The notes under the pieces were generated by a model that had not been told where the DNA came from, made no database searches, and was given only the letters and a program-made list of their open reading frames with translations. Of a DNA stretch of 64,000 bases, positions 1-10,778 are shown piece after piece. Both the position numbers and the translations under genes were made by a program. This DNA comes from Harriotta raleighana (taxonomy: Eukaryota). How positions within the stretch are numbered: the first letter of the stretch is position 1; each line of letters begins with the position of its first letter. The stretch is taken from contig JBNZDD010013613.1 of NCBI GenBank assembly GCA_050575255.1, positions 1,752,898 to 1,816,897 on the forward strand. The letters are read 5' to 3'.

Positions 1-272
1 CATTTGATATAGTACTTTTCACATCTTGTAAACGTCTCAAAGTGCATCACAGAATGTACTGTCAAATGAATTTACTGTATATTTGTGAGAGAAACACAGC
101 AGCCAATTGTGCACAGTTGTGGATTGAAATGGCCAATTTTTTTTCTGTTGTGGGATTATTATCAGGCATGTGGAGCAAGAAAACTTGTTCAAGGTTTCGC
201 CCTGACCTGCGTGCATTTGAAACACAGATTTCATGCTTGTGAGACGAGTGCTCTAACCACTGAGCTACGGGC
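1..272 (-). mobile_element. tRNA-derived Deu-domain SINE (short form), tail cut by window edge
   Basis: Reverse strand reads tRNA-like head GTAGCTCAGTGGTTAGAGCACTCG, then AAACCTTGAACAAGTTT, the core CAATTGGCTGCTGTGTTTC and tail TTTGAGACGTTTACAAGATGTGAAAAG...ATCAAATG. Confidence 0.9.
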
Positions 273-275
273 TCC

Positions 276-566
276 ATGGCTAGAGCAGCCACTTTGCAAG
301 CGAGAGAGCTGGGTTCAATTCCAGACTAGGCGAAACCTTGGGCACATTTCCTTACTCCACATGCCTGATAATAACCCCACAGCAGAAAAACTTAATTGGC
401 CATTTCAATCCACAACTGTGTGTGACACAGTTGTGCGCAATTGGCTGCTATGTTTCTCCAACAAATATAGTCAATTCACTTTCATACTCTGTGAAGCACT
501 TTGTAGACATCTAGAAGACGCGAAAATCGCTATATCAAATGCAAGGATTATTATTTTTATTATTCT
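276..566 (+). mobile_element. tRNA-derived Deu-domain SINE (short form)
   Basis: B-box-like GGGTTCAATTCC, CCTTGGGCAC, core GCGCAATTGGCTGC, tail GCTATATCAAATGCAAGGATTATTATT. Confidence 0.9.
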
Positions 567-627
567 ACATCAACATTTATAAGCATTTAAATAGCACTGT
601 TCAAGAAGGATCACATCTCAAATCGCT

Positions 628-845
628 ACACAACGCCCAGTTGGGAATTGAACAAGGAGAAGAGGTGACCATTGGCTTGGTCGAATTCTTTGGGTTGGAT
701 TGAAAAAGAGTTGTAGTAATTGAGGCTAGGAGTACAAGAGTTAGGGAGGTTGTGGCTGAAAGCACAGCTCCAATGGTGACGGGGAGGGGTCAGGGTTTGG
801 GCAGTATGCCTATACCAGCTGGGCAAAGAGGACGGGCCAAGAGGT
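628..845 (-). mobile_element. old L2 LINE fragment
   Basis: Purine-rich block resembling the L2 3' region seen elsewhere in the window (GGAGGTTGTGGCTGAAAGCACAGCTCCAATGG). Confidence 0.6.
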
Positions 846-1107
846 AGGAAAGTGCTAAACGTTCATTCCCTAAATTGTGTCTTGTTGTGAATACAATCCC
901 TGCAAGTGAGCAGATTTGACAATTAATGAGTGATTGCATGCCAAGCGTGCACAAGCGTGAGGAGCATGCAGCTTCACACAAAGCATACATCAAATATTAT
1001 TATCACTCATTTAACAGTTAGAACACCTGTTCCTCCCATTCACACTCGGTTCTGTCTCCTTTGTGTTGATAATTCGTTTTGGAAGGATCACACTAGTCAC
1101 CACTTAC

Positions 1108-1216
1108 CTCCCAAAGAAGTTGAATTCAGTAAAACTGCACCTCAGGTAATTTGAGACTGCAGGTACCTGGATTACACCAGGTTTATTATTGGGTCTATCT
1201 AGGGCAGCAATAAGAT
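1108..1216 (-). CDS. candidate internal exon, 109 nt, unknown product
   Basis: Acceptor gcctacag, strong donor GAG|gtaagtg; phase-1 frame open: (D)LIAALDRPNNKPGVIQVPAVSNYLRCSFTEFNFFG; no homology recognised. Confidence 0.2.
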
Positions 1217-2021
1217 CTGTAGGCAGTTCTGTGTTTTCTTCCAAACCTCCAGCTTTCATCACGTGAAGGTGTTTGCCCATCCAGCACTGTCAAGCACTTT
1301 GAGACATCCTCTTGACATGAAAGATGCTGAATAAATATTGTGCTGATGTACTGTTTAGCAATTTTTTTGCAGTATTTGTACTGTTTTGTTAGTTTTTTAT
1401 AGTAAGTGCTTCCTTTCCCCTTCCTTTTCCCTTCTACTGAGGACAAGTGCAAGTCTTGAGAACGAGTGTCTCATCCAACAGGTGTTACAGAGGTTAGTTA
1501 AAGACTTGCTCTATATTACAGTCCAGTTCATAGCTCCAGTATAAATTACAAGATATGCAGAAGGATTTGCAAAAGGGTGAGTCCCAGGTATGTCGTGGCT
1601 GACTGATCAGCCACCACTATCGTGAAGTTGGCATTGAAAGAGAATTACAGTCAGTATACAGGATTGTCCCCAACACTGCTATGGACAGATCCTTTCAATA
1701 ATCTTTCAAAGTACATATTCAGCCCCCGCAAAGCTCTTTACTGTTTATGATTCTAACGGTGATGTTTGGATAAGCACATTACAACAACAATGACAACTTG
1801 CGTTTATATGAAACCCTTCATGTAGAGTAGCATTCCACAGTGCTTGAGCATTAGCATAGTATCATACAAAGAACACCCTTCTTATCCTCCTCGGAGGCAG
1901 ATAAGGAAAGTCTACTTGGAAGTGAACTGGCTCCAAGGTGACATATTTGGCAACGGAATGTCAAAATCAAGCCAAACTTGTGTGGCAGTCTCTGTATCAG
2001 AACCAGACCAGCCAGCAAGGA

Positions 2022-2350
2022 GACCCATAGTAAAGTGGTTAGCATGCTTATCTCACAAGCAAGAGAGCAAGGTTCAGTTCCCAGGTGGGGAGAAACCTTA
2101 GGCAAGTTTCCTTCTTCTATACGTCTCTGTTTAACTAGCGGGAGGCAGGAACCTGATTATTAATCGATTGGCAAATCATCTTCCGGGGTATAATCCCCCC
2201 CAAAAAAAAAAACTATTTGTGATTTTGCGTATGTGAGACACTGGCTGCTACGTTTCACAGTTGACTAACTTTATAATATATTCAGTAAAGAGCTTTGGGA
2301 CATCTCAACGATGCGATGTAGCACTATGTCAAATGCAAGGACTATTATAT
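2022..2350 (+). mobile_element. Deu-domain SINE, long form with extra internal segment
   Basis: Head, CCTTAGGCAAGTTTCC, extra TCTGTTTAACTAGC...GGAACCTG...GATTGGC segment, tail CAAATGCAAGGACTATTAT. Confidence 0.8.
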
Positions 2351-2536
2351 TGTTACATGGCACTGTTGTTGACGGTCTGGTTCATCCACAGGACACTGGA
2401 AGAGCTGAAGAGTCACTGTGGGCAGAGCCTCGCTCCACTCAACTCTAGTTAACCCCGCAAGCCAAAAGTCCTAATAGGTAGGGTGATCCTAACTGGATAA
2501 GCAGCAGAAAAGCTTACCAGACTGTGCTTTCAATGT

Positions 2537-2663
2537 CAAGCTGTGGTGTTTTAGCCGGTTAGACTCCAGGAATACCCTCCAACACATACGTTGGGGAGTC
2601 CACAAGCCTTGGCTCTTGCCAACCTATGCCTTATACTCTCCAGAATTAGATGAACAGAATGCG
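2537..2663 (+). repeat. unclassified dispersed repeat, copy 1
   Basis: TTTTAGCCGGTTAGACTCCAGGAATACC...CAAGCCTTGGCTCTTGCCAACCT matches 58934-59057. Confidence 0.8.
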
Positions 2664-3449
2664 AACCTCCAGAGAGTTGGGCGCCATTCTGATAAAGAAC
2701 TCGAGAATTTCAATAGAAATGTGGGCTGAGAGGAACTCACAGTTTGCCTTGGATATTTATGATGGATTTCCGCATGTGTTTGACATCTGGCTGATCAAAA
2801 ATAAACTTCCTACCATTGACCTCAATACAAGACAAGTTACTAATGCCATTCTGTCAGGAAACACAGATACATCTGCCCCCCTTAGAAAATCTTCACAAAA
2901 ACTGATTATCTGAATAGTATTGCAGTAATTTCACACCAGTGCAGTCAACACACACTTTAATTACCGCAACTGATTAAGATTCAGGTCAGATGCTGGCAAC
3001 TCAGAAAAAATAGCTCCAGCAAAGCATGAATTTTATCTCCACTGCATTGAAACCATTTAAGAGATGAACAGCTCTACTCTGTGAGCTGGCAAACATTTTT
3101 ATTTTTAAGAACATGTGTCTCAAGGTAGAAAAATGGTCCAATTTTCCAGCCATTTATTTGACATGATAGAGAACCTCCTAGGGGTTTATTTAGGTATAAA
3201 GAGGCAAAAAAAATCATTGAATAAGTGTTGCAATATCTCTCTGAAATAAAGTATGTGTTGTCATTGGGACAGTCATTGCTATACACAATTTAATGCCTAG
3301 GTTTTACTGCAAATTTTGTGTTAATTGGGCTCAAAAATAACACTCAATCCATGCGCAAAAACACAGTATAATTTGGGCGGAAGACAATCATTGCATCACA
3401 AAAGAGCAAATTTAGTAAATCTTACATTTGATACAGTCCCTTATTTTAT

Positions 3450-4150
3450 TATCAACAACAACTTGCACATATAGTGCCCTCTATGCAGGGTAGCTTAGCA
3501 GTCTCAGAGCGCTTAACAATGATGTAGTCTGACTCTGAGTTGGTGGGAGTGGGTGGGGGGGGGGGTGGTTAGGTGGCCGTAAGCACGATCGAAGAGGAAG
3601 GTTTTCAGGCAGGACTTGAAAATGGGGAGCGAGGGGGCAAGGCAGAGGGATTTAGGGAGAGTGTTGCAGAGTTTCTGGCTGAGGGTGTGAGGGACGAGCT
3701 GGAGGCCAGTCCGATTAAGCAGCAGCGCCGGGTGGTGGATTGGTGAGTGAGGAGGTCAAAGAGGTAGGGAGGTCAGAGAGTGAAGGGATTTTAATACGAG
3801 TGTGAGGATCTTAAAGTCGATCTGTTTGGTGATGGGAGCCAGTGGACCCTGGCCAGAACAGGTGAGATGTAGGTAAGGAGTTTGGTCTGCGTCAGTAAGT
3901 CGTCACCAGACTTTTGAAAGGGCTGGATCTTTTGAATGGTGGAACTGAGAGGACCAGCTGTATGTTTGAGGAGTGTGTTTGAATATTCCAAGCGGAAGCT
4001 GACAAACATCTACACAAAGGTTTCGGTAAGGTACGGATGGGAGCGGGCAATGTGCGGAGTTGTCAGAAAGCGGTCCTGGTCAGGGACCAGATGTGGGAAT
4101 GACAGATGGAGGAAGGACAGCTAAGGGGGAACTAGATACCGAGGTTGTGC
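3450..4150 (-). mobile_element. L2 LINE 3' fragment
   Basis: ORF 3791-4009 has L2 ORF2 C-terminal motifs (RLEYSNTLL, ISPVLARVHWLP); (CAA)n tail near 3452. Confidence 0.85.
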
Positions 4151-4339
4151 ACTGGTTCGGTGAGTCTGAGAGAGAACCCAGAGACTTCAAGGGAGAGTCT
4201 TCGAGACTTTGGTCATTTTCGAAGGACTATGTTTTAATGTTATTGAAGAGCTATTTATGTAACTTTATTCATCCTTTCGATGACGTTAAACCAAGACCCC
4301 ATATTAAAATGTCTTAAAGCCCTTTTAGAGTTTTTACTT

Positions 4340-4705
4340 TAATAGCAACTGTGTATCTGTAGGCATATACTGTATAGCAGTCAGTTTTCACAAAGCAATG
4401 TCCAAGAACAACCAGAATTGCAGCTTACATTTTTAATTTGAGATATTGCTGGGCAGGACGTTGGAAGCAAATCTCTTGACTTTTCGAACAGTGGCATGGG
4501 ATTGCTTTATCATCCATCTCAAAAGGCAGATGGGACCTCAGTTTAGCACTGAATCTCATCCAAAGGACTGCATCTCCGAGACTGGAGAAAGCCCTAGGCA
4601 TGGTATTGGAGTGTCAATCAGTCCATCCTGTATGAATTTAAACCCCTGATGTGGAACATGAACCATAACGCAGACCCAGAGGACAGAGTGCTGGGCTAAG
4701 CTGAC
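4340..4705 (-). mobile_element. older SacSINE1-like Deu SINE
   Basis: Reverse strand GTCCTTTGGATGAGAT...GAGGTCCCATCTGCC...GGATGGATAAAGCAATCCCATGCCACTG. Confidence 0.7.
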
Positions 4706-4852
4706 GTGCAAATTTCCACAGTTTTTATAAACAAATAAAATAAAGTTAAATTAAAAATCAGAGGGCATAAGATTGTGCTTCTTCGAGACTCTGGTCAGTT
4801 TTGAGGAATCACGTTTCATTGCTATTGAAGAGCTAGTTATGTAACCTTGTTT

Positions 4853-5160
4853 GTCCTTTGGATAAGATGTTAAACCAAGGCTCCATCTGTCCGTTTAATG
4901 TCTGTGACATTAAAGATCCCACTGCACCATTCAAACAGAGAAGGGAGTTTCTCCCAGTGGCCTGTCCAACAATCCCCCAAATAAAAATTGGCCATTCACT
5001 TTATGGCTGCTTGTGATACATCGCTGTGCACAAATTGGCTGCTGAGTTCATCCGTAAAACTCACAGTCAATGCACTTTACAGCATATCCTGTGAAGTGCT
5101 TTGCGATCCTTCTGATGTGAAAGGCACTTTACCAAATGTAAGGATTATTATATTATAATA
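4853..5160 (+). mobile_element. older SacSINE1-like Deu SINE, 5' truncated
   Basis: GATGTTAAACCAAGGCTCCATCTGTCC, AAAGATCCCACTGCAC, core CAAAATTGGCTGC, L2-type tail and (TTA)n. Confidence 0.8.
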
Positions 5161-5253
5161 TCAACATTAAGAACACAACAACAGCATTTGTCACCAACTT
5201 GTGTAGCTGTTCACAGAGAGCTGCCCTCAGCTTCCAGGCAATAGCAACATCTA

Positions 5254-5448
5254 GGGAGAAATTCCTCCTGGGACTAGATTTACTTTATTTCTACAACATT
5301 TCATAATGTGCAGAATTTGGCATAATTCTTCAGGTTCATTTATTGCGAGTCCTTTTAAGATAAACTAGCTCAAAAATCGCCAAATTCTGGATGCTCTAAA
5401 ATGTTACATCAATAGGAATAAATCTAGATCCAGTTGGAATTTTGACCC
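5254..5448. mobile_element. palindromic MITE-like element with long imperfect inverted arms
   Basis: Left GGGAGAAATTCCTCCTGGGACTAGATTTAC...CAGAATTTGGC is the imperfect reverse complement of right GCCAAATTCTGGATG...AAATCTAGATCCAGTTGGAATTTTGACCC. Confidence 0.7.
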
Positions 5449-6337
5449 AATAACGTCGGATTGTGAAATTTAAATTGATCTTTCCTGTGGTTAATCCGTC
5501 TGCTCCTGGGAGCAAATCATCAACTGTTTTCACCAACTCATCAAGGCCATTTTCATTTTTTTTTTAAAAAAAAGCAAAACAACATATTCACATTTTCCTA
5601 ATTTGACAGGACAAGTAAGCGTATCGCCTGGTTGCATTGATAGTGATCGTTCAAGACCCAGCCAGTTAAACTGTCTGGACAAGCGTGCAGCAGCTTGGAA
5701 CAGGTTAAGGTAAATTCCAGAAGACTACTGTGAGGGCGACGAGTTTTTTTTTATTATTGTGGTGAATCTATCCATGTTCCTGGAGCAGCTGCTGTTAAAC
5801 TGAAAAACTGTAGTCCTTTACACAGAATAAAAAGCTAATAATAATAACAATAATAATGCCAATATTTTGGGGCTGGGATGACCTATCATTCAAATCCATT
5901 TAAAAACTATCTTTACAGAGTGATTTAAACTGTAATAACGTAATTCTAAATAATGAGAATAATTCTTGCATATAACACGCGTCACAGTGCTGCAACGTCT
6001 TCAGAGGATGAAGTATATTGTAGTGACTGTGTGTTGTGTAGGCGGTGATGTAGATTGTGCAGTGCACATCCAGGCACAGAAAATGGAAGTCAGTTTACAT
6101 CATATTCTCTCTCCCTTCTTCCCTTCCCCCAGCAACTCACTAGTGAGAATTGATTTACACTCTGGCACAACACGAGGTGGAAAACAATATAAATTATTTC
6201 CACATTCAGTTCCAGCCTCAGTGAATGACCGCAGTATAAGGTCCCGTGTCAAAAGACGATTGATTTTGCAGATAAATGCACACAGGGAATTCTCCCAGAC
6301 ACTTGTCACCTGAACACGTTAAATGCATACAACTTAC

Positions 6338-6352
6338 CATGGACTGGTAAGG
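6338..6352 (-). other. candidate 15-nt microexon (alternative acceptor gives 6 nt)
   Basis: ttaactgtttctctgtaaTGCccaacccag|CCTTACCAGTCCATG|gtaagt: consensus donor, pyrimidine tract, length a multiple of 3. Confidence 0.35.
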
Positions 6353-6759
6353 CTGGGTTGGGCATTACAGAGAAACAGTTAAATAGAAATCTCCTCTATG
6401 TTTCTGTTTCATTGATAACGTTTGAATCGAGCCAGGCACACGCTGACAAATCATGTCAGATTAGAGCAACTTCATCAGGCAACCTCGATCAATAGTGTGT
6501 GATTTTCTGGTGTCAGGCCCAGTATCCTGTGAAATCTCTTTAAGTTTCCAATTTGAGTTCTTCCAGGACAGCCCTGACCAGTCTAACTCACAGAGGAAAG
6601 ACAAGACTGAAATTGCTTCTGTACTGATTCATGTTTCCTACTCTTGTCTCTCTCCAAGCTCATTTTCTCAGCTTCTCCACCCCAAGATGGGCTCTCGTCA
6701 GCTGTGTGAATCACTTTGAGACATCTTCCCAAACTGAAAGGTGCTTACATTAACCCAAA

Positions 6760-6784
6760 TTGTTGTTGTTGTTGTTGTTGTTGT
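6760..6784 (+). repeat. (TTG)n microsatellite, L2 tail
   Basis: Run of ttg after TTTGAGACATCTTCCCAAACTGAAAGGTGCT. Confidence 0.9.
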
Positions 6785-7957
6785 AGGGCTGCACTAAGAG
6801 GAACACACCAGTGTGATGCCATTACCATGTTCAGTGATTAATCTACCCTTGCTATAATCTGCAATCGCCAGATAAAATTGGTTATTCACTTTATGGCTGT
6901 TGTGGGAAGTTGCTGTGAGCAAGTTAGATGTCATGTTTGCCTACAAATACACACTAGCCTTGAGTCAGCAGATCACAGAGCACCAACCAGTATACAGATC
7001 AGAACAAGACCTGAAGCAATATACCCATTCCATCCGTAATTCAACACCCCACCCACTCATGGGTGTTTAAGACTTTATCAGTCAATTCACTTTGCAGTAT
7101 ATTATGTGAAGAGCTTTGAGACATCTACAAGATATAGAAAATGCTATATCAAATGTAAGGATTATTATTCTGATGATTATTATTATTACCTACCCTCAAA
7201 GCCTCATCTACAGTACTGTGTTTTCGGGCACCCTCAGTTTGACTGATGCGTAAAATATTTCCCATCTGAATCAGTGTTACTTTTATCATATTTTCATATG
7301 ATTAACTGAGAAACAAACAGTTCAACCACAGCCAAAGCCCATGGAATGGGAGGAAGAGAAAGAGAGAAAGCTAACGATGGGGTTAAAGATTTGCTTTCCA
7401 GCAATAACTAAATGATGTGTGTTCACCACTTCACTCCTGTTCAACAACTGTAGCTGACACAAGTTTTCTAATGTAATGACAAATAAACTATGCTGAAGTG
7501 GTGCTGAAAGGGCTGAGATTAGCAGCATAGCATCATAAATGTTATCACAAGGTTTTTCCACAGCAAGCAGTGAGAGGACTAACCAATGGTGAGTTACTGC
7601 CAGACTCTCTCGTGCTTTGTCGTCCCTCATTTCACAGTTCAACCACCCCCACTAGTCACTTCCACACTGAATAAGCGCACAATTGTCTAAGTGACAAACA
7701 AAAGGCCAGTTCATAGGACAGTTCAGGCCATTTCATCCCACCACAAAAAGACTCATAGGCATGCGATGGTAGCTGCATAATGCGAGGCATAAATCGAAGG
7801 CAGACTAGCCAACACAGCAAGTTGATTTGTGGCTGCAAACAGCACCAGTGACCGAAGAACAGATCACCTTGAGCTCGAGGGGCTATTGTGAAGTGCTAGA
7901 TTCATTGTAAAATGTGAACCCAACTTGACAACAACTCCTATGATGACTGGCACGTTC

Positions 7958-8242
7958 AAACATTGTAAGATGGGGAGTAAATCAGGTGTAAAGATTTTAA
8001 CATGGAAATAAATCCTGTGTAAATGTAACATAAGGAGTAAATCAACTGTAAACATTATCAGATGTGTAAACATAACATGAAGGATACATCAAGTGCAAAC
8101 ATTATAACATCATGTAGTAACAAAGGGAGTGAATTACATGTAACATTATTACATGAGGAGTAAATTTTGTAAATATTTTAACATGTAGAGTAAATCGTGT
8201 TTTTATATTGTAACATGGGAAGTACATCACATGTAACATTAT
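7958..8242. repeat. degenerate minisatellite, unit about 31 bp
   Basis: Recurrent AAACATT(G/A)TAACATGRGGAGTAAATCANGTGT-like units. Confidence 0.8.
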
Positions 8243-8244
8243 AG

Positions 8245-8552
8245 AGTCCTATAGCTCAGTGTTTAGAGCTGTGTTCACAAACGAGAGACCTGGGTTCGAT
8301 TCCAGGCAGGACAAAACCTTGAGCAAGTTTCCTAACTCTACACTCCTGATAATAATCCCTCCAAAAAAAACAACAACAATAAATTGATCACTTCAATCCA
8401 CGACTGCTGGTGGGACATTGCTGTGTGCAATTGGCTCCCATGATTCGCCCACAAATATACAGTTAATTCACTTTACAGTATATTCTGTGAAGCGCTTTGA
8501 GACATCTGAAAGACGTTAAAAGCATTATATCAAATGCAAGGATTATTATTAT
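8245..8552 (+). mobile_element. Deu-domain SINE, full length short form
   Basis: TAGCTCAGTGTTTAGAGC, GGGTTCGATTCC, core, tail AGCGCTTTGAGACATC...CAAATGCAAGGATTATTATT. Confidence 0.92.
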
Positions 8553-8765
8553 AACAACAAAATTACATTTGTGTAGTGCCTATCACATTGAGGATAGTTG
8601 AGGGTCATACAGAATGCCAAGACTCTGCACTGGTCTAGTGAATTGAATGAATATCTATGTTTGATGTCACCAAGAGGGAACACATAGACATTGAAGAGGA
8701 CCAAGGACAGAGCCCCAAGGAACGCAGCATGAGACAGTGAGGGGCATAGAGGAGAATCCGTAATA
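8553..8765 (-). mobile_element. L2 fragments (tail plus RT piece)
   Basis: (CAA) tail at 8553; ORF 8549-8779 carries decayed RT motif LGALSLVLFNVYVFPLGDIKHRY. Confidence 0.75.
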
Positions 8766-8777
8766 ACATGATATGGC

Positions 8778-9058
8778 ATAATAATAATACTAGCGTTTGC
8801 ATTTGATATAGTGCCTTATCAACTCTTCTAGACGTCTCAAAGCGCTTCACAGAATATACTGTAAAGTGAATTGACTAAATATCTGAGGGTGAAATGCAGC
8901 AGCCAATCGAGGCACAGCAGAATCCCACAAACAGTCGTGGATTGAAATGACCAATTTCTTATTGTTATTTTTCTTGAGGGATTATTATCAGGGTGTGGAG
9001 TAAGGAAACGTACCCAGATCTCTGGCTTGTAAATCGAGTACTCTAACCACTGAGCTGG
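8778..9058 (-). mobile_element. Deu-domain SINE with internally deleted head
   Basis: Reverse GCTCAGTGGTTAGAGTACTCG, TTTCCTTACTCCAC, core, (TTA)n tail. Confidence 0.9.
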
Positions 9059-9244
9059 GCTTAATGCATTTCAAGATAATGTGACTAAGGTGGAGAGAAT
9101 CCATTTGTCCTCCATTGAACATTGCCACCATAGTAATATATGAATAGACACAATCTGTGCAACAAGAAATATACAACCAGAAACGCAGCTTGAAGTTGGC
9201 TACAACCAAACATAACCACACTCAGAAATGCAGGAATTGAAATT

Positions 9245-9608
9245 GGAGCCCTATAGTTAGTGGTTAGATCATTTGCATCACAAGTGAGAGAACCTGGGTT
9301 TGATTCCCAGACAGGGAGAAACATTGGGCAAGTTTCCTTACTCAATGCCTTTATTTAGCTAGCAGTATGTAGGAACCAAGTTGTTAGTTGATTGGCACTA
9401 GATTGCTTTTCTGTCTTAATAATCCCTTCAAATAAATAATAAAGTACTATAATAATAAATTGGCCACTCAATCCCAAACTTTTTTTGGGATACTGCTGTG
9501 TGCAATTGGCTGCTGGGTTTCACTCACAGTCAATTTGCTTTATAGAATATTCTGTGAAGTGCTTTGAGACCTCTCAAAGACGTCCTGAGACACTGTCAAA
9601 TGCAAGGT
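9245..9608 (+). mobile_element. Deu-domain SINE, long form
   Basis: Head, TTGGGCAAGTTTCCTTACTC, extra TTTAGCTAGCAGTATGTAGGAACC...GATTGGC, core, tail. Confidence 0.85.
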
Positions 9609-10778
9609 ACAGATCAGCCATAATCTAATGAGAAACAGGACAGACCCGAGACACTGAATGGACAATTTTCGTTCCTATGTTCCTCGGACAGCATAATGGT
9701 ACAGTGTCCTGAAGCTTCTATCCTAACACATGCCTGCAATCCTTAGCTCGACTATGACACTGAGACAATATGGGGCCAACAAAAGCCAGGCATTTGGCCT
9801 AGGTATGAGGGAAACCTACAGAGAAAGCGAACGAGAGGCATAGAACAGGAGAGAGAGAGAGAGATCCACACTGAGAGTGAGGGTGAAGGAGTAAGCAAGA
9901 AAAAGAGATAGAGGGGAATGGAGACAGAATGAGAAAGAAAGATGTAACATTTGTATTACTGGGAACCATAGAGCTGGTTTATTCAATCCCTCAAGGTCGC
10001 TGTTTCCTCTCATGGGTTCGCAAAAACCTGTGCAGAGACAAACTCACAGTTGTTTACAACTCACTCTGATAGTGAGAGGCATTGAAGGATTTGGAGAAAA
10101 GGTGGGAAATGGAATTAAAAACAACTTGCTAAAGATTCAGCAGTGGAGCAGATTCCAAGAGCTGAAAATCCTGCTCCTAATCCTGTGTTCTTACATTGCA
10201 GCAGCACTTCTCGCTGTAATATGAACAGGACAAGAAATTCCTCACTGAGTGATTCGTTATCACTTCACAGCAGCTCAGAACAGCAATGAAATAAGATACC
10301 AGACAGCCTTTTGGATATAGTTGGTGGGCAGTCTGAGGTAGAGACTTAAACAAGATGGGAGAAGGGGTAAACATAAGAAAAAAGTCAAAAAAAAATAGAC
10401 CTGAATTAATGAAACCCAGAAAAGTAAGCCACAGGCGAACGCTCTGTTTTGTAGGCTTGATTCTGAGACTCAGAATCAAACAAACAGGATTCAAACAGCA
10501 GTAAATAATTAGCAGTACTACGCAGTTGGTCTTTTATGAATATTGCAGTGTACAAAGTGTCAAACCAGACAGTATTGCACTTTGTGCAAGTACAAAAGGA
10601 TAATAACTGAGGCACTGTTCAAAAATAAAAAAAAATATTATCTTATCTTTTAGTTGGGATAAAACCCTTCCCATGGTTTTGTCAGACTTGCACACCCCAA
10701 CCCTTCTTTATTAACTCTTGCCTGAGCACTGGATGTCTGAAATCCCAACCAATTTCTTAGCCTGTGAGATAATTTTGC

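Noticed and set aside
85-582. 165-aa ORF and similar SINE-spanning ORFs (13503, 13613, 35377, 41935)
   Set aside because: Lie wholly or largely within SINE copies; non-coding
6218-6309. C2-like exon GDKCLGEFPV
   Set aside because: Acceptor is under 30 nt from the upstream donor and the frame stops quickly
7958-8242. CRISPR-like array
   Set aside because: Degenerate tandem units without unique spacers; vertebrate context; no cas genes
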